Origin: Vicugna vicugna
Lineage: Eukaryota
NCBI GenBank assembly: GCA_013265495.1
Contig: MU057880.1
Coordinates: forward strand, 1,332,527 to 1,396,526
DNA: 64,000 nucleotides
Direction: 5' to 3'
Shown piece after piece: positions 1 through 13,304 of this stretch. Every line of letters begins with the position of its first letter. The first letter of the stretch is position 1. The notes under the pieces were generated by a model. The model searched no databases and had not been told where the DNA came from. It was given only the letters and a program-made list of their open reading frames with translations. A program made the position numbers and the translations under genes.

Positions 1-1789
1 CTACACATTGTCTTATAAATTCTGATGTCTATCTCAGCACAGAACAAGCTGGGCACATTTAGGGCACAAGCCTGAAAATGTGCTATGGGAACTGTACATG
101 GGTCAGATAAAGATGATGGAGACCTGTCTCTAAAAACTGCATAATGTCGTCAAGAATGAAAGATTCATATATGAAAGACAATGCAACTTGTCAGAAGAGA
201 ATTCCAAGTGTCCTTCCAGTGCGATGATCGGCCTGGTTTTGTATTGAACGGGCTGTTTAGTCAAGCTGTAGGTCAGAGGTTAACTTGAAAATTTTTATCC
301 CTGGGAAATGCAAATAATTTCTGTCTGGTGGAAAAGACAGCCCTAATGGTTTTACAGTTTATTACCTTGTTGGACATTAACCAGTCTTTACATCTAGTCC
401 AACAACCTCATCCGAACATTGCCTATAAACATTCAGGTTTTGAAATACACTTGGAAATGCTTTTGCCATCTTACTGGTTCCTGCGTTAGTTAATTACTTG
501 ACTAAAATTTTGACATGTTCATTTTACATTTGCTAAAAGTTGCAGTTTTACCTTTAAGAAAATTTTACTTTAATAAACTTTTGACTGCAGGGTCATAGAA
601 TTTCCTCTGCTTGACTGTCCTGATTTTACAATTTTGAAACTGTTACTTTCAAGGACTCTCAAAATAGTTACATAATTTTAAGTACTGAATGTTACCGGTT
701 GATCAACATCTTAAGTTTAGTTTCATCTACTTCTTTAACTTATTAAAAATTATTAGTTGAATTTCAACTTGAAAGGTCTCTTACTCAGAAGGTTTGCTGG
801 TAGGCTGTTTTGCAACCTAGAAACACACATGGTGGGTGAATGAAGTTGTCACAGAAATCTTTTCTCCCACCATCAATGCCTACGGTTAAATTAGTGCAGC
901 ATTTTTTTTTTATCTTAGAAAAGGACCTGTTTATCCTCATGTTTCCAAAGTGCATTTTATTTGTTGATAAAAATATGCATAATTTTGTACACAGTAAGAA
1001 ATCTGTATGCATCTTCTTTCCAAAAATGTAATCTGTATTTCTGAGCAATGCTTGTCAAGATTTCTAAAGTTTTTGAGACAAAGAGCTAAAAAAAAAAAAA
1101 AAGTAAAGAAAACTTCGCTTGTCGGTGGCTTTAATCACATACTGCAAAATGGCTAGCTAGCTGTGCTATATTTCAAAAGGCAAACTGGGCTGCAGGGAGA
1201 GGGCCCAGTCGCTAAATGAGACAGAAACAGCTGTGATTTTGCAAGACGGGCCAACATTTTCTTTAGCTCCAGGACAACAGACATTATCTGGCTCATAAAG
1301 TTCTCTATGTTGTTGGCTCCATTTCTGTTTAGGAGAACAAGGGTTCTTGTTCCATATTCTCGTTTCAGGCCCTCAGGAGTATTAAAAATTGAGGTCAATG
1401 TTATTTTTTTCTTAACCTCAGAGTACTTAAAAAAAAAAAGAACTATGATTCAGAAGTCCTCTGTAACTTTGTGAGAATACGTTAGGACTAAGCTTGCAAA
1501 TATCACGTCTTCCCTAGGAGAACTCTGAAATAATTTGCAGCATCTCCCAGGAGAGTCAACCTTCTCTCTCAATCCGGTAGCAAGTGACAGTTATAGGACC
1601 GTCCCAAGAGTTTTGGTGACAATTGTGGCAGTGCCATTTGCTGCTAGTGATGTGTCATTTCCTTTTTCTTACTTTATTGTTTGTTGCAAATAGAGATAAA
1701 ATGCATTGAAAGAGGAGTGACCCAGAGTAGCAAGCGCCTAATTAAGGACATAGGTTACTAATTGAATCTTGACTTGAGCTCCAGGCTGC

Positions 1790-1898
1790 CTACAAGTTGC
1801 CAGTAGTAACACACCTTCAAGTTGGGACAGCCGAAAATGCCTCCACGTATTGTAAACTTGCCCGAGAGGCAGAGTCATCCCTGGTTCAGGTCCATTGG
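1790..1898. mobile_element. MER20/MER3-like hAT DNA transposon fragment
   Basis: tgccagtag...agttgggacagccgaaaatgcctcca...ctggttcaggtccattg resembles the terminal half of MER20 (recalled consensus). Confidence 0.5.
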
Positions 1899-3329
1899 TA
1901 GCAAGTCACCCATAATGGGGGAAATCCTTGAATTTTCTGTTGTCTTCTCACATGCAGTTGATGAAGATTTTTCTCTGTCCAATTCCTCATGTTAGAATGC
2001 ACTGCTGCATTTTATGGCATCAGTCAAAAGTCCCGAGAGGTTGGTTGATTTGGGGACAGGGGTCTGTGCCTGAGCAAAGGGACATTCTGGAGGGCTGGCA
2101 CTTCCAGTCACCAGTCCCTGGACAGGGGCCACCTGGAAAGCGGAAGCTACCTGGAAAATCACACTGGGACCTACAGTGGATGGTGAAAGCTAGAAATGGC
2201 AGCTCTGGTTACATCTGAGGCAAATATAACCTACGTCTGTTAAATGTCCATCCAATACCCCTCTTCTCCTGGGGACCAGCCCCCAACCCCGACCTCACAT
2301 CACCTCTGCCTGAGCCTCCCAGTGGCAGCTGGGAGACTCAGTGATGCACATGTGACCTCACTGGGCAAAGCCCAGCCTCTCAAGTCAGCTGTTTGCTGTC
2401 ACAATCGATTGGATCAGAATTGAACCCTTGACCTCACTGGCTCAATCAGAAAGCTCACCTCAGAATTCTAGAACTGAAAAGGAGGAAAACCAGGGCTGTA
2501 ATAATAAAGGGCGATGTTCTGGAGATCTCAGTCAGGCTTCCTCTGGTGAGATGGATGAAGCTGATGCAGAGGAAGCGAGGAGAGATGGAAGGGGACCCCA
2601 GAAGTGCTGACGGGAGGAGGGGCAGCTGGTGCCTGGGGGTCGGTCCCCTACTCCTGTACGTTAGCTGCCCTGGAGGTGAGTTCCAAGTCTTGGTCTTTTG
2701 CAGTGGCTCGGTGCCCTTTGTTAATTCACCTTTTTGCTTCAACTTAATCTTGGCTGGTTGTTTCTGATACTTGCAATAAACAGAAAATTGATTGGCATCT
2801 AAGGCACGGAGGTCTTTTTCCAATGCCAGGCTCAGAAAGCACACCTCGATGTCTTCCTGTGACCGGTGAAGATGTTCACGTCTCGCCTGTTCCCCCCCAC
2901 TTCTTTCCTTCACAATCCAACTTCTAAAACACCGATCATCGTCCTCCCGTGAGTAACCTTCTCACGCCTTGACAGCTGGCATCCGCCTGTCACAGGTGCC
3001 CCGCTGCTGTGTGCGAATGGCCTCCCTGCCCACCATCAGTTACAGCATCCTCATTCCCAAGGTCTTTCTGTTTCCTCGCTCATCTCTTTGCTGACTGGCT
3101 TCTGCATCAGATGCTTTGTACCGACTTACTCATGAGTCCCACATCCACTGAGACTTGCTCATGTGTGAGTAACGCTGTTTTGTTACTTCTATAAACAACA
3201 GACTGGTGACACGAAGGTTGGATTTCATACTTTTTTTTGGAAACAAAATGCCCTTGGAAGTCTGTAGACATTGCAAGTCTATCAGTTGGCATTGAACATT
3301 ACAGATAAGACTTCAGAGGCCAGCCTGCA

Positions 3330-3900
3330 CTTTTTTCTCCTTCTAACTTGTGGGTGATTTGTTTTTCCAGTTTTGGAACACACTGGATTCTTTTTTTATC
3401 TTTTAATTTTTAACACATTCTCAGGACATGTCTTAAAGTTGGTCATTCTACATCAGGTTTTCCCCAAATACAACAAAGAGTCAACATATTTACATTTCCA
3501 TATACTCATTTCAGGAATATTTTTACAATATATATTTGAATTTTTTTTGGTTCTATTTGTTCTGTTTTCAGATAAAGAGATATTTATTATGCATGTATGG
3601 AATTGGCCTCTGAACAACTGTGTTTTCCTTTTTTGCTCATTTTTCTATATTTTTTCTTTACCAAACGTACTGTTTTCTTAAGTGTTTTCTTTATATATCT
3701 GCCTTTATGTCCTCAGTATCTTTTCTACTTACTGTTTCTGATTAGTCTTAATTCTGCTAGTACATGTGTCTTCAAATTTCTTTTTAGAAAGTTCAGCTTT
3801 CACCTTTTGCTGCTGTATTAACACTTCATTTATTTTTAAAACCTGTTTTTTCAAAGGGTTTTAAAATTTTTCTTTGAGACTGTAGGAAATAGTTTCTGAA
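3330..3900 (-). mobile_element. Highly decayed old L1 fragment
   Basis: T-rich, strand-biased sequence with antisense L1 ORF1-like character. No diagnostic motif. Confidence 0.4.
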
Positions 3901-4184
3901 AGTCTTCAAATTAAATTCAAATCCAATAAAGGTAAAATTTTGTCTCCTCAGTCCCACACAAGCAGCGTTTCAGAAGCGGGGCAGCCGCAGGTGCTTAATG
4001 GAAAGTGTATTCTCATGTCAGCTCGCACAGATGGACAACGTTTCCATCACGTAGGAAGTCTGTCTGCCGGTGGTGCTGGAGGAACACAGGCCGTCCTGTG
4101 TGTTTCTGGGGGCGGTCCTCAGAAGTGCCTGCTGTTCCCTGATGTTCCCCCTGTACCTTACCTGCCAGGCAACACACTGAGGTT

Positions 4185-4565
4185 AGCGTTTTGCTCTCTG
4201 TCTTTGACAGCTCGGGCTGCCATAACAAGACGCCATAGACTCAGTGGCTTTGACCACAGGGGTTTTCTTTTCACCATCTTGGAGACTGGACGTTCAAAAG
4301 CCAGATGCCAGCATGGCCAGTGTCTGCAGAGGGCTCTCTTGTTGGTTGCAGATGGCCACTTTCTTACTGTGTCATCACATGGCCTTCCCTGGGTGTGTGC
4401 AGGTGGAGAGAAGCGGCCAGCTCCTGGGTATCTCTTCTTCCAAGGGCACTAATCCCACCTTGAGGGCGCCACCCTCGTGACCTCATCTGAACCTCCCAAA
4501 GTCCCCATCTGCAAATGCCATCACAGTGGCATTGGGGCTTCAACACATGGACTTTGGGTGACACA
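4185..4565 (-). mobile_element. MLT1A-like MaLR LTR
   Basis: ctcgggctgccataacaa...cacatggccttcc...gggcactaatccca...ggcttcaaca is the antisense MLT1 pattern. Confidence 0.85.
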
Positions 4566-4569
4566 GCTG

Positions 4570-4850
4570 AGTTTATGGCACAAGCCCTTTGACACTCATG
4601 TCCTTGCACACCAAATACACGAATTCCATGCAAACAGCGCCCCAGATCTTAAATTGTTTCTGCATCAATTCTGAAGTCTAAAGTCCAAAACTCCATCTAA
4701 GTGTCATCTAAGTCACCTATGCAGAAGACAAGGTACAATTTGTCCTGAAGCAAAATTCCTCTCCAGCTGTGAACCTGGGAAACCAGACTGGTTATATGTG
4801 TCCAGAATACAGCAATGGGACAGGAATAGGATGACCATTTCCATTTAAAT
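4570..4850 (-). mobile_element. MaLR internal (MLT1-int-like) fragment adjoining the LTR
   Basis: gcaaaattcctctccagctgtgaacctg...gggacaggaatagga...ccatt matches recalled MLT1-int sequence. Confidence 0.6.
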
Positions 4851-4919
4851 GTTCAGAAGGACTGAAGGACACACACACATAGAACAATAGATCCAGGTAG
4901 AGATAAACTGTCTTCTTCC

Positions 4920-5572
4920 TTTATTTTTTAAATTAAAAAACTTTTATTGACATATAGTTGATTTACAATGTTTCAGGCGTACATCAAAGTGATTCAGTTG
5001 TACATGTGTATACTCTTTCTCAGATTCTTTACCATTATAGGTCACTACGAAATATTGAATAGAGTTCCCTGTGCTGTACAGTAGGTCTTCGTTGTTTTTC
5101 TGCTTTATATATAGTAGTTTGTATCTGCTAATCCCAAACTGCTAATTTATCCCTCCCCCACCCCTTTCCCCTTCGGTAACCATGCTTGTTTTCTATGTCC
5201 GTGAGTCTGTTTTAGTTTTATAAATAAATTCATTGGTGACACTTCTTAGATTCACTTGTGTCACTTCTTAGATTCACTTACAAATAATATTGTATATTTG
5301 TCTTTCTCTGTCTGACTTACTTTACTTAGAATGATGATCTCTAGGTCCATCCATGTTGCTGCAAATGGCATTGTTTCATTCTTTTTTATGGCTGAGTAGT
5401 ATTCCATTGTGTGTGTGTGTGTGTGTGCGCGCGCGCGCGCGTGTGCGTGCGTTTGTGTATATATATACACACACACAACTTTTTTATCCAATCATTTGTC
5501 TATAGACATTAGGTTGTTTTCATGTCTTGGCTATTGAAAATAATGCTGGGGTGCATGTGTCCTTTTGAATTT
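4920..5572 (-). mobile_element. 5'-truncated L1 (ORF2 C-terminus and 3' UTR), cetartiodactyl type
   Basis: ORF 5261..5491 encodes EYYSAIKKNE-MPFAATWMDLEIIILS-VSQTEKDKY, the end of L1 ORF2. T-rich tail at left. Confidence 0.95.
5409..5477. repeat. Compound microsatellite (GT)n(GC)n..(TA)n(CA)n inside L1
   Basis: Directly visible. Confidence 0.95.
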
Positions 5573-5779
5573 TTTTCTTTAATGAACAGGCTGATTTCTT
5601 TTCACAGTTGCTTATAACTTGAGTGATTTAGTGTTATCAGAATTGAAGCTTTGCACTCCGGTTGGGGTGCCCCAAACCATGAGATTAAACCTGTAACAGG
5701 TTTTTCTGGGCCAACTAGCTTTGAGCTGGTGGTGATGGTTACAGAATTTATTTACTAATTTGCTTTCTTTAAGGCCTTA

Positions 5780-5880
5780 TTTACTCATTCATGTAACAAA
5801 TATTTCTTGAGTGCCAGATATGCGTGCGGCCCTGCCTTAGACCTCAGGGTCCAGCAGGAGAGAATAAAGGAACACAGCCT
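5780..5880 (-). mobile_element. L2 3' end fragment
   Basis: cattcatgtaacaaatatttcttgagtgcc is the antisense L2 terminus. Confidence 0.65.
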
Positions 5881-7578
5881 CCTTCAGCAACCTCCCCTTT
5901 CAAATATTCACTCGGGAAACTGTAAAAGTTCTTACCTATCTACATGTGGTGTGACAGCTCAGGCACTGGCTAAATTTTTTTCATACATAAGAAAAACTGA
6001 TTTTATATAGTGTTCCCTTAGCCTTCCCTTTCTTTCCTTCAAATGTTCCTATTAAAAAAAGAAACATTGTTCTTCAGCTATATTTGTGAACAGAATCCAA
6101 CTGTCTTGCGTATCATCTCAAATATCCCTCACGGTAGCTCCAGCCAATGCATTTTATTGTCAGGAATTGCGTGTTTTGTGCAGCTTACGTTCTGTCCTTC
6201 TTCGATCTTATCTTTGGTAGGAAAAAACTCCTCGTATAAATCATGACAAGGACTCCAGAAGGAAAGAGCTTGGATTTTTGCCCATCTGGGTAGTGTACTG
6301 GCAGATCAAGGAAATGGTCTAAAAGCAATATTTAAAGAGCATATTTGGCAAAATGTACAGCCCTGAAAGGAATGGATGACTGCTTTTTTTTTTTTTTTGG
6401 AGAGAAAGAGTAAAGGGAACCATGCAGCCGAGTTCACGAAGCCAGACTCCCTACGCCCACCTCCTCCTGTTGCCGCAGTTCCCTTCCAGTGCCCTCAGTG
6501 TCTCAGATCTCCGTCTCCATTATCAGCTGTCTTCTCTTTACATTTTGTTTTTAGTGCTTTGCAGAATTGCTACCTTCTATTTTATTTTCACAGCAATGCC
6601 TGACTCTTGGAATACCCTTCTGCCACAGCCAGCCGTTCCATCCTTGTAAAACCTGCAGTGTTTCCTCCCCTTTCCCACGAGTGCTGCCTTATCCCCTCTT
6701 TCTCTGAGACGCAGAGATGCAGCTTTGCTATTCTGTCCTGCCCTCCCCTCCTTCCCTAAGGCTTTCTCCTCCCTTCCCTCTGTTGTTGCTCTCCAGAAAT
6801 TCACAGCTTTGCTTCACCACCTGGGACGCTGACAACTCAGTCAGCCTTGCCTTACTGCACACTTCCACGAACCTCTTGCTTGTCTCATCTTTCAGCTCTT
6901 TAAAAGTTCCTTGCATAGGTATTGGGCACCATTTATATCGACCGAAGGACCACGAGGTAAAGGAAGAGGCAAGTAACGGGTTGAATGACACCCTTGGAGA
7001 TCTGGTCATTACTGAAGCTCCTCTGGTACAGATTTTTCATTTATATTTTGAAAATGATGACACGTGCATTCTAGAGAGTTGTGACATGAAGCAATATGGT
7101 AGACCTCCCAATTTAATAGCGACAGTTACCCATATCAGGTTCACACGGTGGGGCTGGTGCGATGCCATATGCTTCAAAGATATGATCTACCTTAGTTCTC
7201 TTGACTCCCTCTGACAAACGAGAAAACCAAAGGATGGAGGAGTGAATAATTCATCTAAGAACAAACAGCCAGAAAGTGACACCCTGAGACTCATCTCCAA
7301 ATCTGCTTGACTTCACGACTTATGCTCACGGTAAGGAGCCCACACGGCCTTCCCACCCCTTCCAGAGGCTTCTCCACTCCATCTCTGTGACTCACTTCCC
7401 GGAGGGGATTTGTATCTCTGCACACACCGAGATAAATTGCAGAAACCACGGCCAGGTGTTCAGTGGAAAAACTGACTAATAGACATCTGAGAAAAAAACA
7501 AACCACTCAAGTTTGAAATACCCCTCGCAAGTCTGGTTCTGCTCCCACTTGGGAAATGGTAATGGCCAGTGCTCCCCA

Positions 7579-8065
7579 TGTTGACTGAAATAAAACGCAT
7601 CACCGAAAACCTAAGAGTTATGTTTTATTCGGCGTATTTTCTGAGGACTGGAGTCTGGGACACAGCATCCAGATCTCTCTGAAGGAGAGTGGCAAGTAAG
7701 GGCCCAGGATACACAGGAGTTTTTGCAACAAAGACCAGATAGTCAGAGCATTAACAGATTACTGTTAATTAAAGAAAACCAGATATTTCAAGTTAAGGAA
7801 TTTAGCGCTTTTCCACATGTGGGAAGATGCAAGAGTCTGGCCTCACTGAAATCACTCCTTTGATGTGCACCATAGCTGTCTAGGGCCAGTGTCCTGTGCT
7901 TTCCCATCCTGAGTCCCCTCGGGGGCCACCGTTGAGGGTGGCTGCAGAGGCCGGGCTGCCTGCTTGTCTCCATCCTGAGGTCCCTCCACTCACATTAGCG
8001 GCTGATGACTGGATGGCTGCAGCATCCTTTGTTTACTGGTATGTCTGCAATATTTTTCATTCACA
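7579..8065 (-). mobile_element. Solo ERV1-class LTR (487 bp)
   Basis: TG...CA termini, perfect 4-bp TSD CCCA (7575-7578 and 8066-8069), minus-strand AATAAA near 7625. Confidence 0.85.
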
Positions 8066-9609
8066 CCCAGTACCAGTGCTGACAATTTAAAAGCGTTATC
8101 ATCTGGGGCCATGTGTTTGAGCTTTGTGATTCATCCGAGACAAAGAGAATCTCAACCCAGAATTGTAATCTCCATCCATTGGTCACGACGCTGAGGTACA
8201 CAGAACTCGGGCTCATGTAAAACAAATACCACTTTCTGCCCCAAGCCTCGCTGAGCATTTGTCTTGATGCATTTGGATTCCTCGGGGAAGAACACCACAA
8301 TGTAAAGCCGTTCTTTACATTCGATGTTGTGAGTTTGAACAAAGGGCTCTGAGACGGCTCTGGTGTGAAAGCTGGTCAAGTTCCCAGAACAAAAGAGGGC
8401 AAAGCCCCTTAAAATCACAGCATTCCACTTCATTTTCCTTTGTGTTGTTATGTCGAAAACTGAATCTGCTAGTTTGCAAGTAGATAGAATAGCCAGTGGA
8501 GCTTTGTTCAACTGATTAGTTAGTGTGTTTTAAAGCAAGAGATTGAAAAAACAATGACCAGATTTAAACTGATATGAAATCACCTCTGTGCTGGGAAAGA
8601 ATTTTTACTTTCACTTAGAGTCATATAAAAAAGTTTCGGCTCATGATCAAAAAGTGATACTACATAAATTTTATTTTTTACCTTTCTTGGAGTGAAACTT
8701 TTTTTTTTTTTTGCATTCCTGTTGTCCGTTGGATGAGTGACAGCACTCTTCAAAATGGTATTAAGTGCCCAGTATATTCTCAACAATCCAATAACTAACT
8801 GGTCAGTGTATATGAAGTTTTGGATCTTTCATATTGAGGATTGAGGAAGATTGAGAGGCAAAAATGTGTAGCTCTTCCTTTACAGTCATGAACAGTTTTT
8901 TGAGAACACTGGACTCTCCATGCAGACATCTGTCTCACTGTGAGCATGAAGCAGCATCCAAGCTTACAGCCAGTGGGATATCAGAGAGTGTGGTGCACAA
9001 AGTAAAATGAAATTCATGGCCTCAGTCCTGTGTTTTGGAGGGAGATGAGGTGCTCTTTAAGAACACCATGTTCTTTCTTATGAAGCTGACAGACTAGCAA
9101 ATCCGTTCCACTGCCATCCGTGGAAATGGGAACTCATCCCCAAAGAGCTGGTTAGTACAAGACGCATTTTACAAGAGTCTATTATTGGAAAACAAAACTC
9201 CACAAATTCCATTTAGCATGCATTTGTACGGCGTGGATTTATTTTTATTGATGTATTTTCCTGTGTCATTCCGAAAAGGACTTGAAACACTTAGTTTCAC
9301 TTACTCCTAGTGGAAGCTAAGAATAGCAAAATAGTTAAGCTGTGCAAATACAAGGGATGAAGATGCAGAAGCTGAATTTTGGTCCCTAGAACACAAAGAG
9401 ACTAAGACATAGGGGGGTTCTTCTGAAAGTTCGGTATTGGATATAGGACTTCATGGAACAGAAAAAAAATCAGTGAGTTACTCAGGATCAGGACAATCAA
9501 AGTGTGAGGGATGGACGAACATGTGAGAGAGATGGCTTTGGTGCCATCACTACATGAAAATTTCACCAATGTTAGTATCAGTTTTGCAGATTAAAACCAA
9601 ACTATAACA

Positions 9610-10075
9610 TATAAGGAATACTATTCAGTCGTAAAAAGAAGTCAGTAATGCCATTTGCAGCAATATGGATGGATCTAGAGATGATCCTATTAAGTGAAGT
9701 AAGTCAGACAGAGAAAGACAAATGTCATATGATGTCACTAATATGTGGAATTTAAAAAAATTTTAAAAAGATATAAATTTCATTTACAAACCAGAAATAG
9801 ACTCACAGACATAGAAAAGAAACTGTGGTTACTGAGGGGAAGTGGGGAGGGGTAGATCAGGAGTTTGGGATTAACAGTGACATACTACTGAATATAAAAG
9901 AGATAAACAATAAGGACCGATAGGACCTATTGTATAGCACAGGGAACTATATTCAGTTTCTTGTAATGAGTCATAATGGAAAAGAAACTGAAAAAAAAGT
10001 ATGTATATGTATCACTGCTGTATACTTGAAACTAAGATCGTAAGTCAACTACACTTCAATAAAAAATAAGAATTA
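9610..10075 (+). mobile_element. 5'-truncated L1 3' end
   Basis: ggaatactattcag...gccatttgcagcaatatggatggatctagag...gtatagcacagggaactatattca...cttcaataaaaaa. Confidence 0.95.
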
Positions 10076-10104
10076 AAACACCCCAAATTATAAGAAACAT
10101 TTTC

Positions 10105-10380
10105 CTTATATAAATATGAATTTAATGCATTATATAAGGTAGATGGCTACACGGACATATAATGTATATATTATGCATATATATACTACTATGTACATAG
10201 GTGGCATATATTTAATACCTATGTGCATAAAATATATACATATTAAAACACATATGCATAGATACGTATATAAGGTATACATACATGCATTTATAATGTA
10301 TATAGTATGCATTTATGTATTTATATTGCATAATGCATTAAGCATTTAGTAACTGTGTATAACTTATTATATAGTATACG
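10105..10380. repeat. AT-rich low-complexity tract (decayed TA/TATG microsatellite)
   Basis: Directly visible. It produces spurious I/Y/M-rich ORFs. Confidence 0.85.
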
Positions 10381-10619
10381 TCCAGTCACAGACACCTAAA
10401 AATTGAAGTCCTTGTAAGTTTGGGATCCACGGAAGTCCTGCAGCCAGTGTTAGCCAAGTCATCACTCCTGATAAAATTCTAGCATATATTAACGAAGTCC
10501 TTCAATAAATATTCCCTGAAGGCCTGCCACATCCCAGGACCAATTAGAAACCGTGAATTAAATAAACATGGTTCTTGGGATTTTTTGAAGCTTACATTTA
10601 GGGGAGAATATATACAATA

Positions 10620-11280
10620 ATATTGAAAATTGCAGTGACAGATGTAAGAGGTAATAGGGGAGCTGAGCTGTGTCTGAGGTCAGGCAGAAGTGGGGGCCTC
10701 TGGAGGAGGGGTGTTGAAGCTGAGATCGGAGGTCTGAAGATTGAGGAGCCATTACTCTGTGGATTAGAGGAAAGCACGTCTGGCAGAAGCAATGGCACGT
10801 GCAAGATCTAGGAAAAGGGTCAGCATCTTCCAGAAAATGAGACCAAGTTGATTTTTCTAAAAGGCAGTGAATGAGGGAGTGGCACTGAAGGTGGATAGTG
10901 CAGTCAGCAAGGCCCAGATCATGCACACCTGACCTGAAGGCCATGCTGAGGGGTCTGCATTTTACCAGCAGTGCTGGGAGATCAGCCTGGTGGCCATGTG
11001 GGAAATGAACAGGAGGAAGGGAGACAGGACAGAAGGCCCTCCAGCAGCTCTAGGGGGAGATGCTGGACCGTGATGGGGACAGTGGAGGTGGCAAATCTAG
11101 AGAATGAGGGGTGATACTGACCAGATTGCCAATATAAAGTTTTCAAGAAAGACCGTGAGGTTTCTAATCTGAGCAGTCCGGTTCACGACAGTGCCCTTAA
11201 CCGAAATGGGAAAGACCAAGTGGGAAACAGTGTTGGTGAATATGAACCAAAAAGAATATTCTGTTTGACAGAAGTCAGTG
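10620..11280 (-). mobile_element. L2 fragment
   Basis: Purine-rich antisense L2 pattern: ggcccagatcatgc..cctg..aggccatgctgag, gtgcccttaaccgaaatggg. Confidence 0.7.
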
Positions 11281-11324
11281 TGCATGGGGGTGGAGGTTCA
11301 AACATCGGTGAGAGGCATGGGCTG

Positions 11325-11522
11325 GGCAGGTCTCCCAGCACCGGTGCTGTGCACGTCTTGGGAGAGATAATAACGTCCTGGGGTCTGTGGGATGTTCAGC
11401 GTCATCTCCGACCTCTGCCCACCAGATGCCAGTGGTTCTGCCTCTTGCTGTGACAGTCAACACACCTCCAGAACTTGCCAAATGTCCTCCGGAGTAAAAC
11501 CACCACCCGCTGAGAATGACTG
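11325..11522. mobile_element. MER20 hAT-Charlie DNA transposon
   Basis: ggatgttcagc...ccagatgccagt...gtgacagtcaa...ttgccaaatgtcc...gctgagaatgactg, near full length. Confidence 0.85.
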
Positions 11523-11899
11523 GCTTAGAAACCTAACTTAGGGATTGCTGAAATATAGATGAAATTTTTAAAATCCATGAAAGTAGAAGAAATCACCCAG
11601 AGACTTTCAGTTCCTGCAAAATAGTGCATCAAATAAATGCAGAGTTCTTCCACTGTGTTTGAAATGCTTGGTAAAATCTAACAATAACAAAAATGGAAGA
11701 CCAAGAACATAAAAAAAAGGAAATACCCAGAATAGTATGATATGATAATACTGTTCTGATATATCGTATTATTATAATATAATGTAATAATACTATTATA
11801 TGATAGTAATAATAGTGAGGAATGGAACTTAAATCAGTAAACACGCAGCTGCTGTAGCCCTGACACTGGAGGTGGACAGAACAGAGCACAGGACTTGAA

Positions 11900-12945
11900 T
11901 TTTAATACCTGTGCATGGCTGTACAAGGCAAGGATTAAGGACTCTTCGTGAAAAACGTTCTTTCGTAAAGTCTGGACATAGAAACCTGAAAGCTTCAGTG
12001 AAAGGTGAACATTAAAAATATCTGATTCTCACCCAGCATTGGACACGGAAGCTCCTGTGTCTGATGTCAGGAAAAAGGCTACCCTCAGCAATCAGAAGCC
12101 AAGTCCATGTCGCATTCTGCTTTGGAGTCTAATGTTGCAGGGTCTGGGGAGACCAGAAGTGCCCAGCTGGGAAATTAATATACATGGTGGTTCTTGTGAT
12201 ACCCTGCGGATGTACAGAGGCATTAATATTAAAACTTCCTTAGAGGATCATTCTTAGAACCGGTCCACACGTGAGACCCCTGCCAAAAACAAGCCCCTCT
12301 CAAGGAAGTGCAAAACGTAAAACTGAAATACAAAGAACTCATGCACCATGAAGCAAAAGTTTACAGGAACAAGAAATAGGAGAACCATTGCTTTACTCAT
12401 TTGAAACAATAAGTAAATTGAAGCTGACTATAAATTAGTAATGTGAAAAATGACTAAAAAATACATATATATATATGAAGAACAAGACACCAGGGGAAAA
12501 AGAGAATCGGATGGAATTCTTGACGCAATTATAATAAATGACTGCAAACACAGTGGAAATCCAACAGGAGGCTCTTGCTTTACAGAAACTGAAGAAACTG
12601 GAAGCTAAAGTCGAGGAAATATCACAGATTAAGGTAAATCAACAGTAATGATCAAAGAGAAGTCAAAGATGACTTCCTTATGGAAGGTAGCATGAAAATA
12701 ACCCACACCTATTGGTGAGGAGTTCCGAAAGGACAGGACAGAGAGAAGAGAGAAGTGGTAATAATTGAAGGGAAAATGCTTACAAACTTCCAAAATTGAT
12801 CAAAGACACAAATTCTCAAATTAAGGAAAAACAAAGCATAAATCTCAAGCGAGATCATTCACACATTCAGCACAGGCACAGAGTAGGGAAAGGGCAGAAC
12901 ACTGAAATGAAACAAAGTATCTGAAGAAGAGAGATCATCTCATAA
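11900..12945 (+). mobile_element. Ancient L1/HAL1 5'-ORF1 region remnant
   Basis: A-rich. ggagttccgaaagga...aaacttccaaaattgatcaaagacacaaattctcaaatt resembles L1 ORF1. Confidence 0.55.
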
Positions 12946-13038
12946 AGGGAATAGGGGTAGATGAGAAGAGGAGTAAGATCCAGTCTGGGGGAACGTCCAC
13001 AATGAGAGAAGCCGAGTCAAGGGTACCAGGACAACCAC

Positions 13039-13170
13039 TGTAGTCACACTATAATGAACAAGAATCTGAAAAGGAATGTATGTGTGTACATGTATGACTG
13101 AGACATGATGCTGTGCGCCAGAAACTGACATGACATTGTAAACTGACTTCAATTAAAAAAAAGAAGAAAA
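13039..13170 (+). mobile_element. Very short L1 3' tail (camelid type)
   Basis: tgtatgactga...tgctgtgcgccagaaactgaca..acattgtaaactgac..caattaaaaaaaa. Confidence 0.9.
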
Positions 13171-13304
13171 GATACTCACTGGGAAGGAAAAATGGAGACA
13201 AGAGACAGACTGAGGGAATGAGATAAGAAACAGAGACAGATCAGGGCCATGAGTGGGGCACTGTCTCAGCCTTTCACGAGAAAACTGTGTTATTTTTGCA
13301 TACT

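Noticed and set aside
3940..4452. Longest ORF (170 aa)
   Set aside because: Runs through an antisense MLT1 LTR, starts at TTG and has no recognisable domain.
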